Source of the DNA: Nitrospirota bacterium
Lineage (GTDB): Bacteria; Nitrospirota; UBA9217
Length of the DNA stretch: 64,000 nucleotides
Direction: 5' to 3'
Assembly (NCBI GenBank): GCA_963737155.1
Contig: CAVTRN010000001.1
Coordinates: 576,001-640,000, forward strand
Position 1 is the stretch's first letter, and every line of letters starts with the position of its first letter. Below, in pieces: positions 40,460 to 49,451 of this stretch. Both the position numbers and the translations under genes were made by a program. Under the pieces are notes generated by a model. That model was not told the origin of the DNA. It saw only the letters and a list, made by a program, of their open reading frames with translations, and ran no database searches.

Positions 40460-43400
40460 TCTCCCGATTCTTTATCGAACGGCCCATCTTCGCCAATGTC
40501 ATAGCGGTGATCACAATAGTCATCGGGCTTGTGTTCCTCCGTAGTCTTCCTGTTGCTCAATACCCACAAATCGTTCCGCCAACAATTCAAGTTTCCACGA
40601 GCTATCCAGGAGCGAGCGCTGAAGTTGTGGCGCAAACGATTGGAGTGCCTATCGAACAGGCGGTCAACGGCGTCGAAGGTTCCATCTATACGTCGTCTAC
40701 CAGCGGCAGCGACGGCAGTTACACCCTGACGATCACCTTCGATGTCGGGACCGACCTGAACAAGTCGATAGCCCTTGTGCAAAACCTGGTGAACACTTCC
40801 CTTGCCCAATTGCCTGGGGTCGCTCAGCAACAAGGGGTCAATGTCAAGAAAATCTCTACTAATATATTGCTGGTTGCAAGCCTCTATGCCGACGACGAAC
40901 GATTTGATGAAGTGTTTCTCTCTAACTACGGAATTATCAATCTTCAAAACCCGCTGGCGCGTATTCCTGGTGTAGCTCTGGTAAGGATCATCGGCGCCGG
41001 TCCTTACAGCATGAGGATCTGGCTGGACCCTAAGAGACTTCAGATTTTCGGCCTTACTCCAGCCGATATTCTTACAGCTATTCAAGGCCAGAATGTCCAG
41101 GTAGTCTCCGGACAGCTTGGTGCCCCGCCGGTGCCGAAGGATCAGCCGCTGCAGTTAACGATTACGGCCCTTGGCCGTCTGTCGGATGTGGGCCAATTTG
41201 AAAATATAATCGTAAAATCTACCACCGGAGCAGCGGCTCAGATAGTGAGGATTCGCGACATAGGCCGTGTGGAGTTAAGCCAGCAGAATTTCAACAACTA
41301 TTCGCGATTTACCGGTCACAAGTCAGCCCAGATGGCTGTTTTTGCACTGCCCGACGCCAATGCCATCTCTGTTGCCGACTCCGTTTACCGCGCCATGGCC
41401 GATTTGAGTAAGACATTTCCCGCAGGACTCAAATATGGCATCCGGTTCGATACCACCAGGTTTGTCCGGGAGTCCATTTCAAAGGTGTATGAGACACTCA
41501 TTATAGCCGGCATTCTCGTGCTGATCGTAATTCTCGTCTTCCTGCAAAGTTTCAGAGCCACATTGGTTCCTGCCACTACTGTTCCTGTCACTATTATCGG
41601 TGCTTTCATTGCGATAGCCGCCCTCGGTTTCACCATAAACCTGATGACTCTGTTTGCCCTGGTCCTTTCTATCGGCATAGTGGTGGATGATGCCATCGTC
41701 ATTGTCGAGAACAGCTCATACCATGTCGAGGAGGGAATGCCACCCAAAGAAGCGACGATCAAAGCTATGAATGAACTGACAGGACCTGTCATGGGTATTA
41801 CCCTGGCCCTGGTTGCGGTCTTCCTACCGGCTGCCTTCCTTCCCGGCATTACAGGACAGCTATTCCGGCAATTCGCCCTCGTGATCGCCTCTACCTCTGT
41901 TATCAGCGCCATTAATGCGCTGACGTTAAAGCCTGTTCAGTGCGCTTACTGGCTGAGACCCCGGGGAAACAAACCTGTCAATTGGTTTTACAGGGAATTC
42001 AATAAAGGATTTCAGTCGGTGACCAAAATCTATATTGGGGCAGTTACACGCATGGTGAAAAAGCCGGCCCTGTTTATTGCCATCTTTGCCGTTATAATCA
42101 CAGCAACATTCCTTTTATTTCTAAGCCGCCCTACAGGTTTTCTTCCAACCGAAGACCAGGGCTACGGCATTATCGTCTCCCGCTTGCCGCAAGGGGCGTC
42201 CCAGCCCCGGTCACGGGAAGTTGCCGCGAAAATTAATGCAATTCTGAACAGAACTGCCGGCGTTGATTTCTGGGTGCATATAGGAGGTTTATCGATTCTG
42301 GACAACGCCAATGTCTCTAATTTTTCCACGACATTCGTCGTTTATAAGGACTGGAAGGACCGCGGAACTTCATTAGACCAGGATACGATTGTTTCGAGCG
42401 TCAACCGTGAGCTTGCTGGAATTCAGGAAGCCCAGGCTATCATGGTGGTCCCGCCGCCGATCCGGGGGCTAGCCCAAACGGGCGGTCTGCAAATGATGGT
42501 TGAAGACCGCGGCAACGTCGGACTGCAGGAACTCCAGAAGGCCACAAGCGAACTTGTCCGGAATGGAAATTCCAATCCCGCCCTGCAGGGACTAAATACT
42601 ACATTTGCGCTAAGCAGCCCGCAACTATATCTGAATATCGATCGTACCAAAGCGGAGTCATTTCAGGTTCCCATGTCTAATGTTCTGGATTCCCTACAGG
42701 CTTACATGGGATCTTCGTTTGTTAACCTGTTTAACAAATATAACCAGGTATTTCAGGTTTACATACAGGCTGACACCCGCTACCGTCTGCAGCCGCAGGA
42801 CATAAAAAACCTATATGTCCGCAACCAAAAGGGGGACATGGTCCCCCTCGGAAGCCTGCTGGAGATCAGGAAGGTACAGGGTTCTGAGTTGATTACCCGC
42901 TATGACCTTTATCCGTCAGCGGCCATTTTCGGATCCGCTGCGCCCGGGTATAGCTCAGGCCAAGCCAATGAAGCAATGGAACAGATGGCTGCCAAACTGT
43001 TGCCGCAAGGAATAGCTTATGAATGGACATCTACAACTTACCAGGAAAAAAAAGTGGGCAAACAGGCCTATTTCATATATACCCTGTCCATTTTTCTGGT
43101 CTATATGGTATTGGCCGCTTTATATGAGAGCTGGACCTCGCCTGCGGCAGTCGTCATGGTCGTACCCCTGGCTCTCGTCGGGGTCCTCCTGGCCATAATG
43201 GCCCGGGGCTATGACAACAACCTGTATACCCAGGTGGGACTGGTGCTGATGATTGCCCTTGCGAGCAAGAACGCGATTCTCATTGTGGAATTCGCCCGCG
43301 ACCTGCACCATGGAGGCATGAGTATAGAGGAAGCCGCAATTGAGGCGACCCGTCGCAGGTTCCGGCCCATTATTATGACTTCGTTTGCTTTCATCCTGGG

Positions 43401-43578
43401 AGTGGTGCCGCTTGTTGTTGCTTTCGGCGCCGGCTCGGCAGGCCAGCGGGCCATAGGTACGGTTGTTTTTGGTGGCATGTTATCATCGACCCTTCTAGCC
43501 ATCCCGTTTGTTCCGGTATTCTATGTTGCACTCGAACGACTGAGTGAAAGGGTTAAAAAAGGTAAGCCCTCTGCATAG
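40456..43578 (+). CDS. RND permease (AcrB/HAE1 family)
   Basis: FFIERPIFA, IGIVVDDAIVIVEN, KNAILIVEFA and RFRPIIMTS motifs. Confidence 0.97.
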   Translation: MISRFFIERPIFANVIAVITIVIGLVFLRSLPVAQYPQIVPPTIQVSTSYPGASAEVVAQTIGVPIEQAVNGVEGSIYTSSTSGSDGSYTLTITFDVGTDLNKSIALVQNLVNTSLAQLPGVAQQQGVNVKKISTNILLVASLYADDERFDEVFLSNYGIINLQNPLARIPGVALVRIIGAGPYSMRIWLDPKRLQIFGLTPADILTAIQGQNVQVVSGQLGAPPVPKDQPLQLTITALGRLSDVGQFENIIVKSTTGAAAQIVRIRDIGRVELSQQNFNNYSRFTGHKSAQMAVFALPDANAISVADSVYRAMADLSKTFPAGLKYGIRFDTTRFVRESISKVYETLIIAGILVLIVILVFLQSFRATLVPATTVPVTIIGAFIAIAALGFTINLMTLFALVLSIGIVVDDAIVIVENSSYHVEEGMPPKEATIKAMNELTGPVMGITLALVAVFLPAAFLPGITGQLFRQFALVIASTSVISAINALTLKPVQCAYWLRPRGNKPVNWFYREFNKGFQSVTKIYIGAVTRMVKKPALFIAIFAVIITATFLLFLSRPTGFLPTEDQGYGIIVSRLPQGASQPRSREVAAKINAILNRTAGVDFWVHIGGLSILDNANVSNFSTTFVVYKDWKDRGTSLDQDTIVSSVNRELAGIQEAQAIMVVPPPIRGLAQTGGLQMMVEDRGNVGLQELQKATSELVRNGNSNPALQGLNTTFALSSPQLYLNIDRTKAESFQVPMSNVLDSLQAYMGSSFVNLFNKYNQVFQVYIQADTRYRLQPQDIKNLYVRNQKGDMVPLGSLLEIRKVQGSELITRYDLYPSAAIFGSAAPGYSSGQANEAMEQMAAKLLPQGIAYEWTSTTYQEKKVGKQAYFIYTLSIFLVYMVLAALYESWTSPAAVVMVVPLALVGVLLAIMARGYDNNLYTQVGLVLMIALASKNAILIVEFARDLHHGGMSIEEAAIEATRRRFRPIIMTSFAFILGVVPLVVAFGAGSAGQRAIGTVVFGGMLSSTLLAIPFVPVFYVALERLSERVKKGKPSA

Positions 43579-43625
43579 TTTTTTGCTCACTCTAACATAT
43601 ATGGGCGCGCCAAAAAACCGCTCTA

Positions 43626-43830
43626 GGGAAAAGCAAGATTTCCAAGCGAGGGATAAACATCTCCGACATGTCCTTTGGCTCATGACGGTGAGCGTTATCC
43701 TGAACAACGACAAATTTCGGGTATATTTCATGAAGAATAAGCAAGCTGTCTACCCTATAAAAAGGCAGTAATGGTAACGATGAACAATTTGACCAGGATG
43801 CTTTTTGCGATGCTCTCACAAGACCTAACA
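43626..43830 (+). mobile_element. Degraded IS110-family transposase C-terminal fragment
   Basis: Across two frameshifts reads GKSKISKRG-KHLRHVLWLMTVSVI..FRVYF..LPYKKAVMVTMNNLTRMLFAML, the IS110 ISKRG..LR / A..KL.R..FAML pattern. Confidence 0.7.
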
Positions 43831-44642
43831 CTAAGTTGCCATAAGCCAAGCATCATTTAGATTCATTAAATAAGTTTTAAGTAACTTTGGTATTAGATAA
43901 TCACGATAAAAGCAGTAATTGGATTTTTTGATATAATAAATATAAAGTAAATTAAAATAGTTGAGAGTGTCAGCCAGTTCACTCGTCGGTTTAAATGCTC
44001 AATAAAATAAGTTGTAGCGAGAAATAATAATTTTACTATTGTTACACGATAAGTTTCTTTCATGTCAAACTATGCTGTATCTTGAATTGTAGTAATCTTG
44101 TCTCTACTTCACACCAGAAATCGTTATTGCTAGCATAGGTAGCGCTCAGAAGGGCTTTCTCGCTCACCTAAAGTGCTTCGTGGTCATACTATCGCGGCAT
44201 TTTTCGAATTGGGTCTTCTTTAAAACTTATATTGATGCGTGCCTGACTAACGCGCTCAGCATGAAGGCGTGTGATGAATAAATTTATCATTAATTCTGCA
44301 AATTATGAGTCATAAGATTTTATAAACTAGTCTATACAACAATAATCTAGCCGGGTGAGCGTCGACCACCTGTTCATGCCAGGTGTCTATACGTTTGTCG
44401 TTCACCGTTTTTTCCGTAAGACTGTACTCCTGTAGCCGTATTCCTTATTATGAAGGGACATTAGGGTACGATTATTCAAATACATAGCCCCTGCCCCGGG
44501 CGCATACGACGACAATTATTGGAACAACTGAGTCACAGGTCAGTGAGCGTAGCGTTTTGATCCTTCCGAGGGCGTCCGCTGCAGAGCCGACATGAAGAAA
44601 GCCACTCGCTGCATGTGATGTGAGTGGAGATCAACGAGGGGT

Positions 44643-47600
44643 ATGAGGAAACGATTTATTATACTTATGGTGCTGCAGGCAGCAGTCATGCTGCTTTCGA
44701 CGTGCGGCCAGAAGGGGCCGCTTCCGCCGGCCCCTACGACGCCGCCCACCGTAACCTCCATCACGCCCACCGATGGGGCGCTGAATGTCCCCGTAACTAT
44801 AAATAACGGGATCGTAATAACGTTCAGCAACGAAATGGATGCTTCGACCATCAATAACAAAACGATTACGCTTTATTACAACGGCGAGCAGGGTACGGTT
44901 CCCTTATCGGTTACCTACAGCGATGCGAACGGCAAGTATACCGCCGTTCTTATGCCATCAGTCGTATTGAATCCGAGTACCCTCTACACGGTAACAGTCG
45001 CCAATACCGTCATGGACACGACCGGAATCGCCATGTCCGCGGCATTCACCAGCTCCTTCATTACCGGGATGCCCATGCCGCTCAGGGTCATCGATGTCCA
45101 GCCCGAAGACCGGTCACAAAATGTAGGCACGACGACCGCTATTTCAATCATGTTCAGTCAGCCTATCGACCCATCTACGATTTCCTCGGACACGATAATA
45201 CTCAGTACGCCGACTGGAAACGTTCCGGGCAATGTTTCCTATAATGCGGCGACGGCCGCGGCCACGTTCGAACCCCTGAGTCCCCTTTCTCCCAATTCTA
45301 CCTACATCGTCAACGTCACAACCGGGGTGCAAACCGTGTCGGGCATTCCCATGACAGACGCCTTCGTAGCGAGTTTTGTGACCGGAGCAGGACCTGACAT
45401 TACAGCTCCCATGGTCATGTCGGCGCTCACCTTCCCGTCCACCACCGCCTCGGCGGCCGATGTGAACACGCCGATCAGTGTTACCTTCAGCGAACCGATG
45501 CTCCTGACGGGCCTCACGCCTTCGTCGATCATCGTCAGTAACGGCACGACCGGGATTCCCGGCACGATCATGTATGTCGACAATACGGTCATTTTCATGC
45601 CAAGCACGTCTCTTGCACCGTCGACCCTCTATACGGTCAGCATCCCCGAAGCGGTCAGCGATCTGTCCCTGAATTCGTTGTCGTCCGAATATACCTGGAG
45701 CTTTACTACAGAACCAGAGGCCTCGGACAGCGTCCCGCCTGCCGTCCTTTCCACCTTCCCGACCAGCTCTGCGGTCAATGTGCCAATCTACAACGACGTG
45801 GTCGCGCTCTGCAGTGAAGCCGTGCTTACGAGCTCGATCACGCCGACCACTACCTTTACGCTTGTCGACGGGAATGGAACAAGCATCCCCGGGTGGGTCA
45901 CTTCCAGCGGCGCCACGCTTGTATTTACGCCTACGCAGCCCCTGGCATACAGTACAAACTACGTTGCCGAAATTACCTCGCATGCCACCAACCTTGCGGG
46001 AAACCCGCTTGTCAGCAATACGTCCGGGGGGTATACCTGGTCCTTTACTACCGAGGCCATTGCTACGTTTACCATCACGGCATCCGCCGCGGGGGGGAAC
46101 GGCAGTATCACGCCATCCGGAGCGGTGATGCTGGTCTCGGGTGCGACGCAGACGTTCAGTATCACGCCGAATGCCGGCTACCAAATTGCAGACGTGCTGG
46201 TAGACGGCGTTTCGGTCGGCGCGGTGGCCTCCTACGCGTTCACGAACGTAACGGCGAACCACACGATCAGCGCCAGCTTCTCAATCATCACCAACACCAT
46301 AACGGCGACGGTATCCAGCGGGAGCGGTTCCATCAGCCCATCGGGCTCCATGACGGTGAATTATGGTGCAAGCCAGACCTTCACGTTCACCCCGGCTACG
46401 GGGTACTCTGTTGCCGGCGTGCTGGTGGACGGCGTTTCGGTCGGTGCGGTGACCTCCTATGCGTTCAATAATGTAACAACGAGCCACACCATATCGGTAA
46501 GTTTCTCGATTGACGCGTTTACGGTGACGTCGTCGGTCACCGGCAGTAATGGGACCATCAGCCCGTCGACCGCCCAGACGGTTACCTACAATGCGACGAC
46601 GGCATTCACTGTAACTCCGGCCACGGGATACACCGCCTCCGTGGGTGGTACTTGCGGCGGCACGCTGAACGGCACCACGTACACGACGAACGCAATCACG
46701 GCGAACTGCACGGTTGTGGCGAGCTTCTCGATCAACGGCAACACCATAACGGCTACGGTTTCCAGCGGAAGCGGGTCCATCAGCCCATCGGGCTCCGTGT
46801 CGGTGAATTATGGTGCAAGCCAGACATTCACGATCACCCCGGCTACGGGGTACTCTGTTGCCAGCGTGCTGGTGGATGGCGTTTCGGTCGGTGCGGTGTC
46901 CTCATACACGTTCACGGATGTTATAGCGAATCACACGATCAGCGCGAGTTTCTCGATCAACACGTTTACCGCGACGCCGTCGGTCATCGGCAGTAATGGG
47001 ACCATCAGCCCAGCGACTGCACAGACGGTTGACTACAATGCGACCACGGCATTCACCATTACGCCGGCTACGGGATACACCGGCACGGTGGGTGGTACCT
47101 GCGGCGGAACGCTGTCAGGGAGAAACTACACGACAAACGCAATTACGGCGAACTGCAGCGTCGTGGCAAGCTTCACGATCAACACCAACACCATAACGGC
47201 GACGGTTTCCAGCGGAAGCGGGTCTATCAGCCCAGCGGGCTCCGTGTCGGTGAATTATGGTGCAAGCCAGACATTCACGATCACCCCGGCTTCGGGGTAC
47301 TCTCTCGCCGAGGTGCTGGTAGATGGTGTCTTGGTCGGTGAGGTGACCTCCTATACGTTCGCGGATGTAACAGAGAACCACACGATCAGCGCGAACTTCT
47401 CAATCAACACCTATGCGGTAGCGCCGCTGACTGACGGGAGCGGGAACGGGACTATCAGCCCGAACACTCCACAGCCAGTGACCTATGGTAACACCACGCA
47501 GTTCACGATCACTCCGAACGCTGGATATAGCATTGCTTCGGTAGGCGGGACCTGCGGCGGCACGCTTAACGGAAACACTTACACGACGAATGAGATACTG

Positions 47601-47861
47601 GCGAACTGCACGGTTGTGGCGAACTTCTCGATAAACACCTATACGGTGTCGCCGTCGACTGACGGAGCAGGAACCATCAGCCCGAGCACTCCGCAGACAG
47701 TGCCGTATGATAATACTGTGATATTCACGGTTACTCCAACCACTGGATCCACCCCCACTATGGCTGGTACCTGCGGCGGCTCACTAGATCCAACTGGAAC
47801 TATGTATACCACTGATCCGATAACGGCGAACTGCACGGTTGTGGCGAACTTCTCGAGATAG
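44643..47861 (+). CDS. Surface lipoprotein with four Big_5-like Ig domains and eight InlB-B-like repeats
   Basis: Signal ending LSTC-GQKGPL; four units of P.V....P..G..NV..I.ITFS..L.P.T.Y.V; eight Thr/Ser-rich repeats of about 75 aa. Confidence 0.88.
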   Translation: MRKRFIILMVLQAAVMLLSTCGQKGPLPPAPTTPPTVTSITPTDGALNVPVTINNGIVITFSNEMDASTINNKTITLYYNGEQGTVPLSVTYSDANGKYTAVLMPSVVLNPSTLYTVTVANTVMDTTGIAMSAAFTSSFITGMPMPLRVIDVQPEDRSQNVGTTTAISIMFSQPIDPSTISSDTIILSTPTGNVPGNVSYNAATAAATFEPLSPLSPNSTYIVNVTTGVQTVSGIPMTDAFVASFVTGAGPDITAPMVMSALTFPSTTASAADVNTPISVTFSEPMLLTGLTPSSIIVSNGTTGIPGTIMYVDNTVIFMPSTSLAPSTLYTVSIPEAVSDLSLNSLSSEYTWSFTTEPEASDSVPPAVLSTFPTSSAVNVPIYNDVVALCSEAVLTSSITPTTTFTLVDGNGTSIPGWVTSSGATLVFTPTQPLAYSTNYVAEITSHATNLAGNPLVSNTSGGYTWSFTTEAIATFTITASAAGGNGSITPSGAVMLVSGATQTFSITPNAGYQIADVLVDGVSVGAVASYAFTNVTANHTISASFSIITNTITATVSSGSGSISPSGSMTVNYGASQTFTFTPATGYSVAGVLVDGVSVGAVTSYAFNNVTTSHTISVSFSIDAFTVTSSVTGSNGTISPSTAQTVTYNATTAFTVTPATGYTASVGGTCGGTLNGTTYTTNAITANCTVVASFSINGNTITATVSSGSGSISPSGSVSVNYGASQTFTITPATGYSVASVLVDGVSVGAVSSYTFTDVIANHTISASFSINTFTATPSVIGSNGTISPATAQTVDYNATTAFTITPATGYTGTVGGTCGGTLSGRNYTTNAITANCSVVASFTINTNTITATVSSGSGSISPAGSVSVNYGASQTFTITPASGYSLAEVLVDGVLVGEVTSYTFADVTENHTISANFSINTYAVAPLTDGSGNGTISPNTPQPVTYGNTTQFTITPNAGYSIASVGGTCGGTLNGNTYTTNEILANCTVVANFSINTYTVSPSTDGAGTISPSTPQTVPYDNTVIFTVTPTTGSTPTMAGTCGGSLDPTGTMYTTDPITANCTVVANFSR
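46065..47858 (+). repeat. Intragenic tandem repeats in the order A-A-B-A-B-A-B-B, with a 447-nt AB period
   Basis: AACACCATAACGGC recurs at 46293, 46740 and 47187; B units carry a Cys pair (GGTCGG...ANCTV). Confidence 0.9.
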
Positions 47862-48734
47862 CCTGTTTGACTTTGACATGACAGGGCACACCAGAGAGCA
47901 TGCCAGCCAAACTGGAATGCGGGAATAACGCATCACTACTCAACGATTACCGTCTCCTTCAACACAGCGTTAAACTGCATTTCCAAACCGGCCGAAATGG
48001 TGAGAAATACAGAAAGTTACATCGCATATTAAAAAAAGTCGACGTTAAAACTAATGATGCAGGTTTCTGGTGGCTTCACTGAGTACCGGGATTATCTTTG
48101 GTAGGTGGCAATTATCATTATGATAGTTCTCATGTGGAAAGTATGGACAGAGAGACTTAATTCTGAGCAAGAACTTAATTGTGTGCGGATACGGACAGGA
48201 CCATAGTGTCGCACGGTATAAAAGTACCAAAGTATGTCGTTTACGCCAAAATTTGCTACCACGACACAGAAGTGTGCTGTGAACAATAATTTGGTGTTTA
48301 TGGAAGCATAATTTGTCGCGTTAAGCTATATATATAATGCAAATAGATACAATTATTTACTTATTCAGAAGCAAAGATTGTCGCACTGTGTAATAAGGGA
48401 AGCATAGTTTGTCGAATAATGTAGAAACTAGCTTGGAAATTAAAGTATTACAAAATTAGCAGCCTCACCAGCTACCAGGAAGAAGTTGTTGACAGAAATC
48501 CTAATCACAAAATACAATGAAACAAAATAAATTCTGCACCTTCGCCAATATTATAATATACTCGACTTCACCTACTCTCTCGCAGTGGCGTTGACTATAA
48601 TTCAAAGCCGAATACGACGTGAAAATTGCATATGAACGGCTCATCTGAGAGGAGCGTTTTTCGTGACCTACTCGAGCCAAATGGTTAGAATCGTCGTCCG
48701 GTTTCACTTCGTTCGACTCGACTAACCGACAAGA

Positions 48735-48911
48735 TCATCTCAAATTTATCTCCATATATTTTGTAGTGGGGTATGGGTTAAACCAGTATGGTTTGATTTC
48801 TTTGAACCCCAACGTTTTGTAGAGTCCTATGTCAGACTTCATGGAGTCTATAGTATCTAGCTCCATTATTTCATGCCTCATATTTCTCGCTTCTTGGATT
48901 AGTGCGGTGCA
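48735..48911 (-). pseudogene. GNAT acetyltransferase C-terminal remnant
   Basis: ALIQEARNMRHEIMELDTIDSMKSDIGLYKTLGFKEIKPYWFNPYPTTKYMEINL (LY..LGF motif); N-terminal half absent. Confidence 0.7.
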
Positions 48912-49451
48912 TCAAACTCGTTTCTAAGCTCTTAGTCATCGCTTGGGCGCTCATAAAGAAGGAATTCTACGATCCGAAATATCTCAATGCGGAGGATCAA
49001 AATGTACAGAAAAAGGCAGAGCGTGAAGTATAAAACCTGATTTCGGCGAGAGGGCCCAGTCTACATAGCTGAGCGGTTTAGACCTCGTTAGATACAATGA
49101 AGGGCCTCTCGTTTGAACGATAGACTTTGGATAAGGTATTTTTGGTGGCCAGAGCGAAAGCGCGGTACACCGAATAGCAGTAAATATTAGAAATATCGTT
49201 CGTCTGGATGCGAGAGACTCGCCGATAAAAGCAATGACGGCAGAAATACCGAAAGGAGAACTGCGACATGTAAGCGACCTAAAGACATCCTATCGAATAG
49301 ACTCAAATCTTATCTGATTCTTGACTGGAGCGATATAGTATTTATCAACAAGCACGCACCGCCAATTTTGTGACACGCTTAACATCTGCAACTGAGATAT
49401 AGATTACGTGCATAGTGTCCGTGCAGTCACACCATCTCAATAGCCCGATCT

